Positions 38,219 to 51,348 of a stretch of DNA of 64,000 bases are shown here, piece by piece (the stretch's first letter is position 1; every line of letters starts with the position of its first letter). The position numbers were made by a program, and so were the translations under genes. The notes under the pieces were generated by a model. That model was not told the DNA's origin. It saw only the letters and a list, made by a program, of their open reading frames with translations, and made no database searches. Source of the DNA: Gnetum montanum (lineage: Eukaryota > Plantae > Gnetophyta); NCBI GenBank assembly GCA_015680685.1, contig MNCI01002379.1:504780-568779 (forward strand), read 5' to 3'.

Positions 38219-38909
38219 NNNNNNNNNNNNNNNNNNNNNNNNNNNNNNNNNNNNNNNNNNNNNNNNNNNNNNNNNNNNNNNNNNNNNNNNNNNNNNNNNN
38301 NNNNNNNNNNNNNNNNNNNNNNNNNNNNNNNNNNNNNNNNNNNNNNNNNNNNNNNNNNNNNNNNNNNNNNNNNNNNNNNNNNNNNNNNNNNNNNNNNNNN
38401 NNNNNNNNNNNNNNNNNNNNNNNNNNNNNNNNNNNNNNNNNNNNNNNNNNNNNNNNNNNNNNNNNNNNNNNNNNNNNNNNNNNNNNNNNNNNNNNNNNNN
38501 NNNNNNNNNNNNNNNNNNNNNNNNNNNNNNNNNNNNNNNNNNNNNNNNNNNNNNNNNNNNNNNNNNNNNNNNNNNNNNNNNNNNNNNNNNNNNNNNNNNN
38601 NNNNNNNNNNNNNNNNNNNNNNNNNNNNNNNNNNNNNNNNNNNNNNNNNNNNNNNNNNNNNNNNNNNNNNNNNNNNNNNNNNNNNNNNNNNNNNNNNNNN
38701 NNNNNNNNNNNNNNNNNNNNNNNNNNNNNNNNNNNNNNNNNNNNNNNNNNNNNNNNNNNNNNNNNNNNNNNNNNNNNNNNNNNNNNNNNNNNNNNNNNNN
38801 NNNNNNNNNNNNNNNNNNNNNNNNNNNNNNNNNNNNNNNNNNNNNNNNNNNNNNNNNNNNNNNNNNNNNNNNNNNNNNNNNNNNNNNNNNNNNNNNNNNN
38901 NNNNNNNNN
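38219..38909. other. Assembly gap (691 N)
   Basis: Run of N. Confidence 1.
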
Positions 38910-41160
38910 TCTATAAAGTAAGGATTATAATTTTGTTCATTTTTAAATTCTACCATGTGATACATATCCATAAGCTATCATAGACTATATATATCTCATT
39001 TTCTTATAATCTTTGACAGGAAACCAAAGCTTCCATCTATGTCTTCATGGTTGTGATCAATAAGAAGGAATTGTAATTCGATGACATTGAAAACCTTTCA
39101 AGATATTAGCAAAGATAGAAATAAAAAAACATACTTCTTGTTGTTATCTTGACCATAGTAAGCCATTTGTAGAAATAAAGTTTCTTAAAGTGGTGCATAG
39201 TGTCTTGTTGTCTGATTTACCATTTTGATTTTACATTTTAGACTATTAATGTTTAGTAGAATGGAGTTATTAAGCAATGCATAAGCACCTACTAAATGTT
39301 CTTTAGTAATGTTGCAAAGACCACCTAGTTGGATAACTAGTTGAACCTCCAAATCATGTTAGCATTTTACAAGAGGAGTGATTATAAACTATGAGCCCAT
39401 TTTTACATAAAATGGTAAAAAATTTCCAAATTCATCATTATCCTTAACATGAACTAGTATACTTGTTAAAGAAAACTAAAATCTATCTCTTCTTAATACA
39501 TCCTTAGGTCGTAAATGTGGTATGAGCAATATCATCTTGCTTCTATCCATCTTATCATTGATTACACTCAAGTACATATTTAGATGTCTTGTTAGCAAAT
39601 CTTGATGAGTATAGTATGCATGCTTACGCATTGTAACATAATCCAAATGTAGAGCTTGTTATATTTGTATTTTTTCTTTTCAGCATGATCATAAGTATAT
39701 TTTCTTTTGTGATTCAAATTCTAATAAGTTTAACATACATTAAAATCATGCACATTTAAGAAAACTACATTTGAAAATTGTTTAGAAAACAATTTAGACA
39801 TCAAGCTTCTATCAAGGTAGGTATGTTTATGGCTTTCATCCTAGGATTTACATAGTCATCAAGAAGAATTATCTAATTTATTAGCATTAACAATGATTTC
39901 ACTGGTGCTATTATATCATTCCAAATAATATTTTGTTCATGTGTGAGGAGAATGATCAAGAAGGTCTTCCATCAATGTCTCAATGACATGAATTGCAACC
40001 AATTTGTATGTGCTTGGTTTTATGTTCCCATTAGTTTCATAATATGTTGTGATAATACATTTTTAAAAACTGAGCATATGATTGTAAATATGTTGCATTG
40101 AATACTATGAATTAATCTTCATGATGCTTTGAATATTTTCTTACCATTGAATTTCATAGTTCAGAATGTCTTCTATCAACTTCTCAATGACATGAAACAC
40201 AACTAATTTGTATGCCCTTGGTTTTATCTTCACATTATTTTCATGATCTACTTTAACAATACCTTTTTGAAAATTGAGCATATGATTGTAAAATATGCTA
40301 CATTAAATATAATGAATTAATCTCCATGATGTTTTCATATTTTCTTACCATTGAATTTCATAGTCCATATTGTTAATCTATCATTTACCATTTCTTTGTT
40401 TGTGTGCAACTAATTGAGAATGAAGGCTATTTTTCATGTTTGCATCCATATCAAAAATTAATCTGCTCATTAAGTGAAACTTTGTCAATGTTATTTTGCC
40501 AAGACATCCATTCTTACGGTAATGAATTTCACTAGTAAACTACCTAGATAATACAAAAGCTATTACAATGGTTTCATTTGATGAATTGTTACTAGTTGAA
40601 TCCTCATCATGTACTAAATATGACTCAGATATATGAGTATGCATTCCTATGTTGTAAGGATGAGCTTTGGTTAAAGAGTTGCACAAAGGATATTGTATTT
40701 GATAACTAGTTTGATTATCCTTTGCTACCTTCTTTCAGAAAATGATTTCTTGAAAAACTTCTAGTTCCCTCTTAGGTAGTTTTATCATACATTTAGACTT
40801 CCTATCCTTAAGGAAGTTTACATCTCATACTACATAGCAAGCATTAGTTCTTTTGAAAAACAACAAGCATTACACTCACTATAAATATATTTCACAAAAT
40901 GTTAAATTTTAATATTCCCAGTTGAATTGGTTTTCATAAACTATCCTTCTTAGACTTTTGGCTATCTTGCACAAAATATTCCTTCTTTGTGTAATATATA
41001 GTTCCCTTTGCACACATAGAATCTTGATGAAACTCATAATGCAACCATACCTTCTATTTAAAAAATCGTTGCTTATATGAAATTTCATCATCAATGGACA
41101 TCTCCATTGAACTTTGTAAAGCATTTTGGAATGTTTCATTTAAAGATAAATCCATTATAG
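38910..41160 (-). pseudogene. Unidentified decayed coding-like region, possibly spliced (DNA-transposon or host-derived relic)
   Basis: Mostly open frames on the - strand (41155-40915 MDLSLNETFQNALQSSME..; ~40830-40385 DVNFLKDRKSKCMIKLPKRELEVFQE..) with splice-like sites (ACTAAT..TGTAG, ATG|GTAAGA). No family recognised. Confidence 0.35.
39966..40367. repeat. Tandem duplication, ~204-bp unit x2
   Basis: ctcaatgacatgaa..tgagcatatgattgtaaa..ttcttaccattgaatttcatagt occurs twice. Confidence 0.9.
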
Positions 41161-41594
41161 AAATTACATTTTTATTAGTAATAGAAAAGTAATTTTCAAT
41201 AAGAGATATTTAAATTATAGAATATTAGTAGGAACCTCACATTAAAGAGTTATATTGTGAGAACAAGATAGCATTTGAAATATAACCATTACTAAAGACA
41301 TCATTATTAATAAATTATACCACTACAAGAGCATATGCTATAGATCCACCATTAGGAATATTATTTAAGAATACTATATGAATAAATTTCAATGGTAAAG
41401 TATGATAAATTAGGGGTGTAGATGTTTTTGAAGTACCATATCACATCTATCCTTTATCATGGAGATAATTTAAGATTCCTATAGCAAAGGTCTTTAAAGC
41501 ATGATCCTAAGTTGAAAAACATGCTAATTTCATAGTTCTTTTTTATGTTAAGCTCATTCCCTAGATACTAAATGAGGAAGGCTTATAAATCTAG

Positions 41595-42560
41595 GTTATC
41601 ATAGCATATTTTTCCAAAGAAGAAGACTAATAATTATTGTTTATCATAGCATGCTTGTCCAATGTTGAAGGAAAATAATTTTCATCTATCATAGCATGCA
41701 TGTTTAAGAAGGATGCTTGTTGATCTTTGTTTGTCAAATCTCACATGTCCAATGTTGTTGTCTTATGATGCAAAGATATAGAATTTCATAGCTTCATTGA
41801 GTAATCAAAGAGAAACATTTTTTGAAGGTCCTCATTATCATCTAAAATAAAGATCTAGGTCTTCATAGAGGTAAATGATAAAAGAGGCTGCTGTATTTGA
41901 TCCCATCTTTTAGGACAAGGCTAGGATGATGATGATGATGATGACGATAGCAAAATTTTGGTAAGATAGTATATCCAAGTTACTCATAGCATGACTATCA
42001 TATGAGCCAAGTTAGTGCTTATATAATTACAATGTTTTCAATATGCATGATTAATGATGACATATTAAACCTCATAGCAGTATTGTGCTATGAGGAAACA
42101 ACTCTATACACATGATAGCTTGACATAGAGATAAATTTGATTCATCATAATGATAATGCATTATACATTCTACTAAGAAACATTATCTAGTCTACTAAAA
42201 TTTGAAATTGAAAAGATAGAATATCCAAGTTACTCATAGCATGACCATTGTATGAGAGTTTGAGAGGTATAGAGTTTCCAAGCTACATGTTTCAGAGATG
42301 TCATTACGATTCTCATAGCACCTTCATGCTATTATGGAATGGTTCTTTATGCATGATAACATGACATGGAGATGATTTCAATTCTTATTAATGTAATCAT
42401 ATTTTGTACGAGACATTCAATGCAATATATAGACTAAAAATATAAATTTTAAAGATGATAAATCGATTATCATAGTGTCATCGTGCTTTGATGGAATGAC
42501 TTTATACAGATGATAATACATCATAGAGATAATTTTGATTTATCATAATGTAATTGTATG
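41595..42560. repeat. Array of TCATAGCA direct and inverted motifs within ~45-bp and ~170-250-bp degenerate repeats
   Basis: Motif at ~41599, 41644, 41689, 41786, 41985, 42072, 42234, 42313 and 42470. Hairpin cctcatagca-gtattg-tgctatgagg at 42070-42095. Confidence 0.65.
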
Positions 42561-42789
42561 TTGTAGCAAATGTAATATTTTAATAGGAATTGGAATAAGA
42601 GAGATCTTATACAACTATACATTAGTGAAACTATACATCTATTAGTGCATGAATCAATCAGAGATGACTTAATTAAGGGACTAGTATACATTAAGGGATT
42701 TTAATTTAATATCTTCTTGATATTTTAATAGTTTCAATTTCATGGCTATTAAATGATAATATCTATAACGTGTTTTAGGAAAAGGCATA

Positions 42790-44094
42790 TGAGAAACCAC
42801 CAAGAAAATTCATGTTGTAATGTTTTGGCATTATAACCTTCACCATTAAAATTAAGGTTGGAATTTTATTGTAAAATGTGAGGTTTGTAGTCCATGAACT
42901 ACAATCTCACATACTTGAACTTTTTGGGGCTAAAAAATTCTTCATAAGTTGTTATAGCCTTACTTCCTAGGTGGAAAATGTTATGTTATGTTTATATTTG
43001 GGGTTGGGAAGGTTGAAAATGCCTTAGGAACTATCAAACTTGGTGTTTTCATGGGTTTTATGTTGGCCATAGCTAGAACTACGCTGGAAGCACCTACACC
43101 TAACATTGGAGTTGTTTGGCTTTCATTTTCCTAGCAAGGCCAATGTAATACCACCTATACCACTTGCATGTAGCATAGTTTCATGGAGCGAGCTAAGTTT
43201 TCCAAGGCTAGCATAGTCTTTGTGAAGCCAGTGTAGTTACCAAAGTCCATTTACTATTTATGATACTCAACAGAGCTTTTAAGCCCTATGTGCATCAAAA
43301 CCTACCAAAAATAGAAAATTACATTGGAAATGATGGCTTGCTACACCTGCAAATTACACGAATTTGTCAACATTCATGGTAGAAATTTGTAGCCTCAAAA
43401 CTAGTAACTGTATGACCTATAAAATTTTTTTTTGACACATTGAAGAAGTTATTTTGGTTCTTTGGGGTTGTTTTGGTCCTTTTTTGTTCCACAATTTTGA
43501 CAAATTTGGCAACCTTAAGCACTTGAAACCATTAGCATTTATGAGAATTTTTGGAGCATGTTGGCAACTAATTGGGCATTAGAGATTCCCAACGTAGTTT
43601 CAAAATTCCAAAAGGTTAAGCACATCATTTATCCACTTGGTCATAAATGCTATAGGTCCCAGTTGAGAACCAGTAAGATGTATCAACAATCAGAGCTGAG
43701 AAGTACTTGGATCATGAGGTTAACTGTAGAACAGAGCCTATCAACTTCAAGAGGCTTCAAGTTTCATCTATGCAACTCCCTATGCATTTAGGCACATAAT
43801 TTTTAGACATTTTGAACTATTTACTTTCAATATTTTATTATTGGAATAAAGCCTATAGTTTATTTGATGTGAAAATTTATTTATGATTCATTTCTATGAA
43901 TTTTCATAGGACATATCTAAATTCTTTTCATTTAATTTTTTTATACTCATCCATACTTCCTAAGTCCTTGGGTGATTGACAAGACCATCCAAGGTGCCTT
44001 GGATCTTCTTTCTTGGAGTCTGTTGGGATTCAAGGTTATACTGTTCCACCTAGAATTTTTAGTTTTCCAACATTGAATTTTTTTAGGCATTATA
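42790..44094 (+). mobile_element. Solo LTR F3 of the Tat-like F family (~1.3 kb)
   Basis: Reverse-complement homolog of 10076-11461 at both ends. No PBS or PPT adjacent. Flanks gcata/gtaca. Confidence 0.8.
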
Positions 44095-44429
44095 GTACAT
44101 TAATTAGAGTTTGATAGGAGAAGATGTTAGAAGCTACTTCAGTAGATAAAATGTGTGAAAGTGGAGAATATTTTAGTGAAATAGAGTTAAAATTAGTAGA
44201 TAGAGAACTTGTAAATAAATACTTGGAAGTAGGCCTTTTATATGTTGGTGATGATGTTAGTAAAAGGGTTAATTTATGTTAAGTTAATTTATGATGATAT
44301 ATATAAATAAGATTATAAGTTAACATAAATAATAGTATAGAAAAAAAATCCACGTTTTGTATAGCTTTATATAATTTTAAAAATATTAAGGTATTTCTAA
44401 AAGAGAAACATGCCATAATTATTTTCAAA

Positions 44430-47260
44430 TTTAGTGAATAAAAAGGTATATGGAATGGAGATTTTTCAAATTTAATGAAAAACCTATTAACATGACTAAA
44501 CCTTATTAGTTGGCTATAGCCCATGCCAGAAGAGTTGCCATCATGGAAGCTAAGTGTGAATAGGAGAAGGTTCAATAGATATCCCAAGTGATATTACCAT
44601 AAAAAAAGAATGACGTGGAATATCTATATGAAAAATCGCTTCATCATCAAGCTACTTCAAAATCATTTATTTTATATATTGAAGATCCAATAAAATATGG
44701 GATAGATCTAAGAGTAAGAAGGGATCAAAGGCCTAGGATCTTTAGAATATCTAAAAAAGGAATGATCAAGAAATATCTGAAGGAAAGCAAGCTAGCATCA
44801 CTCTTGTAGCCCTCCATCCTCTTCATCACCCTCATTAATAGACTTTGATGATCATGAACACAAACATGGAGATAGAACTCCATGAAGGGATCAAAATGGA
44901 ATGATCAATAGAGATAGGCAAAGAGACTAAGAAGGATATCATGGAAGAGATATAAACCATGATGAAGATGAAGAAGAAAAGAAAGAAAGAGAAAGGATGC
45001 ATAGAAGAAGAAATTATGAAGAACATTGAAGGAACCGTCACTACTATAATATATATCATGACAAACCTAATGATCATGATGAATCCCTACTAGCCACAAC
45101 AAGCATTATAAATATTAGTGAGTCTATCTACATTCCAACAAGGCATTAGATAACTAGTCACATCAAGTTCCTTGATATGAATAATATTTTAAATTTTGAG
45201 AGAGGTTACAATGCTAATTCACAATATCATTTGCAAGTTATTGTGCACTTCAAAACATTGAGAATGATTGATATAAACTTAAGTTATTTTCAAGGATACT
45301 AATCAAGGAAGCTAAGAGCTAGCATTGATCTTTAGAACTAGACTCCATCCATTAATGGAGTAGTATATTACAAATTTTTAATTTCAAATATTAAACCTAT
45401 TCAAGAGTGTCAAATTTGAAAAAATAAGTCCAAAGATAGAGATAAGGGAATCATGAGTCCCTTGATGTAGCCATGGGTAGATATTATTTAGTCTTGCATG
45501 GATGCCTAGGGCATGTTTTTTATTAGAAGGAACAACATAAGGCACATAATTGATGGGTTAAGAAATAAAAAAAGAGAGGCCCTTAGAGTGTCTGACTAGG
45601 GGAGATTATCCAAAATTTAAGTCAACCATATACAAAGGTTAATTGATTAAGTGAATAAAGAAGAAAAAATAAAAAAGAGAGAATTTGTAGAGTATAATAG
45701 GGATCTATCTCTTGGCAAAAAGAAAAAGAAAAAGAAAAGAAATGTTTATGTTTGTGAAACATAAGAAGAAGAATCCATGGAAGAGATGTTTCAAAGAAAA
45801 ATCTTATCAATCTAGAAATCTATCTTTGATATTGCAAAAAAATAAAATAAAAAAAATAAATAAATAAATTTCAAAAAGATGTGAAATTTCTTACATGACA
45901 AATGTGTAATAACACTAAAGATAGTAGAGAAAAAGATAGAGCAAGTCCTAACTAAAGGAAAGGAAAAAACTTAAAAAGAAGGAAACATGACATAACATGT
46001 ACAAGTATAAATGAAAAGCTATTGCTATGGAAGAGATTGCTAATTCTAGTTTAGAGGATGAAGATGGTTGTGACTTGTTCCAATGTGAACATTCCAAAAG
46101 GGTGTTTCCTCATCATGACTCACTTATAGGAATTAGGAGCATATGTATTAAATCAAAAGTTTATCAAGAAGTAAATGCTCATGAGGTTATCTTACCTGCA
46201 AGGTAATTATAGATAACCTTATCAACAATAATCATACAATCCTAGTGGAGCTTTTCCTTAATCTTAGGAAAAATATAACTAGTAGTGAAAAAACACATAG
46301 TTGTGAGGGATGCCATGACATATACAATAGTATCCCTATAAATAAATGGATGCTTACAACTACTTCGTGTATAAACTTATTTCTCCAATGAATACTTTTG
46401 TCCATATTTCCTATTACTACTATCTTGCTGAATATCATTGTTCCACAACTCCACATGTGGTATCATCATAATACATGCTTCACCTAATAATACAACATCA
46501 TACCAACCTCCTAATTGACCTCATCTAGTTTCATCGCCATCAATCCAAGGGGCATTACTAGTACAACCTCAAGAAAATAATGTAACTAAGGCTATAAATA
46601 CTTAGATGAAAGATATTACAAGCAATTATGAATCTATCTTAAGAAAACATCCTTTATTTTAGATAAACTCAAAAAAGTCTAGTAAGAATATTAGTCCATC
46701 CAAGATAATAAGAGAGACTATGACTAAGACTCCAACCCCAATTTTTACAAATTTAAGACTTTTCAAGAAATTCATGATTCCTTTCAAATAAAACTAAACT
46801 ATCATAATTTTAATGCTTACAAAGATTGTAAGTCACTAAATTAAAGAAAATATGCTTTCCAAGAAGAGAATAAATTTTGGACGTTCTTTAATATATTTAT
46901 AAATAACAAGAAACATATTGTGGAAAGCTCTTTTAGATTTAGATTCAAGAGGCAATCTCATATCAGAATATATGTATAAGGTCTAGAACCTATCACCATT
47001 GAATAGATGCAACATTATATTAGAGCTTGGAAATTAATCTATCAAAGTTCTAGCTAAATAGGTACAAGATAAGGTAACCAACATTAGTAAATGGTCATAC
47101 CTTGCAAACTTTCTACTCATTCATGTTGGACAAAATAAAGGATAATTTTCAATTATTGTGAGAAGAACATGACTTAGCATAATTGTTGTTATGATAGGAA
47201 TTAGAGACTTATCTATGGAAATTTCCATGGAAGATGAATGAGAAGTCATTTAGAAACAAA
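44430..47260 (+). pseudogene. gag: Element D gag and protease
   Basis: ILYIEDPI N-terminal motif, RS/RD-rich linker, LFSRILIKEAKS*H*SLE, and KALLDLDSRGNLISE at ~46925. Confidence 0.75.
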
Positions 47261-47779
47261 GAGTTCTATGCATCATGTATAGTGATTCATGATGTAATTA
47301 TGTGTAGAAAGTTTGGATAGTTAAGTAGAGGAATATCCCCATCATGTAGAACATGTATAGAAGATATATGTATGCAAAAATTATTATACAATATATCCAC
47401 AAAAAAAGGCACCTAATGGCTAATAACTAAAGAGGAGTGCAAATATGAAATATGCATCGAACTAGCAAAACAACTTACAAGTTCCTATATAAATAAAAGT
47501 GATGAAATGGAGCATCTATAGAAGTAACGTTTCCAAATAGAATATCAACAAGAAGAAGACATGGACTAGGGAAAGTTAGAAATTCATGATAAGCTTGAAC
47601 TGGAGCCTATATAACTTAAGACACTATTAAACTTTCTAAAATATGTGTTTATAAACAATGGAAAGTTGGTAATTGTCAATGCTAATCTTAGTTATGAATA
47701 GAAGTAAAGATTGCTTGAGGTAGTGAACAAATGGCCAAAAACTTTTACCTAGTCATAGGATGAAATACTAGAATAGACC

Positions 47780-49100
47780 CATGTATTTGTCAATACCAAA
47801 TTTACATAAATCCTACAGGTAAACCATGTCATAAATGACAACAAAAAATAAATTCAAAATTGAAAGAAGTAGTTAAATAAGACCTTGAGAAGCTACTCAA
47901 AGAAGGTTTAATTTTTCCAATTGTAGATAGTGAATGGGTGAGAACACTATTCATTGTTTTGAAGAAAAATGGAAAGTGGAGTGCTTGCATTGATTTTCAA
48001 TTGTTGCATGTAGCCACTTTCAAATATCACTTTTCTTTGCCATTTGTGGACTAGGTATTTCCTACTATTACAGGTCATAAGTATTATAGTTTTCTAGATG
48101 GATACAATGGATATAACTATATTCACATAATTTTAAAAGATTAAGAGAAAATCAAATTCACAAGCCCTTAGGGAACATTTGTGTATACAAAGATGTTTTT
48201 TGGTCTTTGTAATGCCCTAATAACATTTCAAAGATTAGTCCATAGGATATTCTAAAAATAGATTAATAACATAATAGAAGTTTTTAGGGATGATTCATTT
48301 ACATATGGTTTAAATTTTGACTAGGTCTTGAATTGTTTAGAGCAGGTACCCAAAAAATGTATTAACAAAAACCTAAAATTCAATTGGAAAAAGATCCATT
48401 TAATGATCCAAGAAGGTGTTGTTATAGGGCATAATATTTAAAAGAAAAATGAATCAATATGGATCCAAATAATATAAGAGTTATATAAGGTATCACCTAG
48501 AGACCATAGATAATTAACAATGTTCAATCATTCCTTGGTCATACTGGGTACTATTAAAGTTTTATTAAAAAATTATTAAATATTGCTAAACTTCTAGTGG
48601 ATTTAACTAAGAAATATACATCATTAATTTGGTTAAATGAGCTTTAAAAAGCGTTTGAGAATATAAAGAAAGAACTAGTGAGAATAATCCAATCTTGCAG
48701 GCTTTAGATTGAACTAGATCTTTTTACATAATGACGGATGCATCCAATTATAAACTACGTATTATGCTTAAATAATTATATGATAAAAAAGATAATACTA
48801 TATTCACTATGCAAGCTAAAGCATATCAAGAATATAACTCAATTACATCACCACAGAGATGGAGTTAATGATAGTTGTCTATGCATTAGAAAAATTTTGA
48901 CATTATGTACTAGGTTATCAAATATATGTTAATACTGACCACAACACCATCATATTTTTAATGAATAAATACGTGGTAAGCCCTCAAGTCATCTGATGAC
49001 TTGTGTTTCGATAGGACTTTGACATTACTATGATTGATAGTAAATGCACTGAGAATGTCGTAGTAGATCATTTATCTTGGCTAAGATGCAAAAAAGAAGA
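47780..49100 (+). pseudogene. Element D reverse transcriptase and RNase H
   Basis: DSEWVRTLFIVLKKNGKWSACIDF..HFSLPFVD*V..FLDGYNGYN; EVFRDDSFTYG at ~48277; NYITTEMELMIVVYALE. Confidence 0.88.
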
Positions 49101-49149
49101 TGATTGGGAACCTTTATCTAACCAATTTCTAGGTGAACTATTATTCATA

Positions 49150-50420
49150 AAAGCAATAGCTATTAAAAATTATATAGTATAGAAATATTAACTAATAAAT
49201 TATCTGATCTATCTCACCACTCAGAAAATCTCTACTAAACGGAATATGAAAAAGAAAGAATAGTTTTTCTATTAAGATAAGTACTTTATTAAAATCAATG
49301 ATAATATTTATAAAAGCCATGTTGATGGTTTGATCAAATGGTGTGTTTGAGATGAAAACCAATAAAAGGTCCTGCAAGATGCACATGAGGGATCCTATGA
49401 AGGCTATTATGTAGGAAACCAAATAGTCATAAAAATTGTTATGGTTAAATATTTTTGGTCCACCATATTTAGAAATGCATATTAATTTATATAATTATGG
49501 GGGAGATATCAAAGAGATGGAGACATGATAGCTAAATTTAAAAGATCACAACAATGGATATAGTCATTAAAATCATTTGATATTTGAATAATTGATTTTA
49601 TGAGTTCCATCATGCCTATGTTGAATGGAAAATCATTTATAACTATTGTAGTTGATTATTATACCAAATGGATAGAACCTAATGTAGTTAAAGATTAAAC
49701 ATTAGTGACATCAATTAAATTGTTTTAGTAACATGTGATGAATTAATTTGGAGTACCAATAATATTATTATTAGATAAAAAAACCAATTTTATAAGAGCT
49801 ACATTTGAGAAACTTATGCAACATCTTGAGATCAAACATAGACTAATCATGCCATACCATCCCCAAGGACATGGACACACTAATGTAAAAAATTAGGAGA
49901 TTACATGAATTCTTACTAGAATTGTTAGTTTATATAGTAAGAACTTGAGCATTAAGCTTAATGATGCTCTATTGGATTATTGATAAATGTACAAATTTCA
50001 TATATGATATTCTCCCTATAAAGTAGTGTATGCCAAATTACCTACCTTGACAATTTAGATTAAGCTACATACACTAACCATAACCTAAAACCTAGGCATA
50101 AACATTGATCTAGCTTATAAAGAACATTTAATGAAACTAAATTTGTAGATGAAAATTTTATAGTATCCTTAATGTATAATGAAATCAATAAAAGGTATGT
50201 GAAACACTAATATGACGTTAGGATTACGAGGATTAACATAAAACTAAACAACTATTATAATCTGAATCATACACCCCAATGTACAAAGTTTTAAAAGTTA
50301 TGGAAGGGATCTTATATCATTCACATCACATATAAATTTGATGCCATGATGATTTACCATCTTAACAACCCATAAAAGCTCATTATAATCAATATTAAAA
50401 AAGTTGAATCATTCTAAAAA
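49150..50420 (+). pseudogene. Element D integrase
   Basis: HEGSYEGYYVG..YFWSTIFRNA; FDI*IIDFM; VDYYTKWIE; MPYHPQGHG; LWKGSYII. Confidence 0.85.
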
Positions 50421-51348
50421 TTACAATAACCTATCACTTCTTCAATATCATCTACCAAAATAGTGACTCACTTAATTTTTTATATCTCTTCTTTAAATCA
50501 TAGTCATGAAGGAGCTACACTCTTTATGTAGGCCTTGTGAACTATATTTTATATTTTTTGTTTTCTAAGTTCTTAACAAATTTCCAACTCTTTAATATCT
50601 TCAAAATTCTTAATCTATTTTCTTATTCTTTGATATCTTTCATTCTTTATATACTTATTCATTCTTTGAGTTGTTTACTTTACATATTATACATATTGAT
50701 AAAGTTAAATTTGATGGACTTCGATATCATAGCACTAGCTATGTCATCATATATGTGATATTGTGGGATGCATGCCAGCCTATAAATATAACACTTAGGT
50801 TCATAGATTCGCAATAGATTTCATTTCATAGTAGCATAACTCTTTCAATTTGTTTTTATGATTTTAGTCTTAAGTACTTAGTAGTGTATGCGCATAGTGT
50901 GGTGTTGAGTGATTGTGCAGAGTCTTTATTCAAGTGAAGTGTACTTGGACACATTTGATGACTAACAATAAAGATTGATATTACTTACCATTGCATCATC
51001 CATTTAGTTTTCTTTCTATTTACTTAGAATAATATTTACTGTTTTCACTTAGATTTATTAATTGTTACTTTCCTAGTTAGTGTTTACTTTTCCATGCACT
51101 TTACTTTCATTGTCATTAAGTGGTATGGATACTACTAGTTTCAAATACTAATTATACTTATCTTGTAACATAGTAGTGTTATTACTTAGTATGTCTAGTA
51201 GTGGTACACTTGGAAACCCCAATGATGACTACATGACTTCAAGGAATGCAGAGTAAGTTAGGACTAGATATCCATCACCATAGGATAGACTAGATTCATT
51301 TACTATTTTAGTTAGCCTTAGAGTAGATTTTACTTTCACTTTACTATG

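Larger units (their letters stand above)
44400..50600 (+). mobile_element. Athila-like element D, internal region only (gag-PR-RT-RH-INT), heavily decayed
   Basis: Colinear with B's internal region. Neither LTR is attached within the window. Confidence 0.85.

Noticed and set aside
38213-38971. 252-aa ORF in the supplied track
   Set aside because: Artefact of translating across the N gap.
50697-51348. LTR as the 3' LTR of element D
   Set aside because: No PPT upstream, D's spacer and 3' ORF are absent, and the resumed LTR is followed by PBS and gag, so it is E's 5' LTR.
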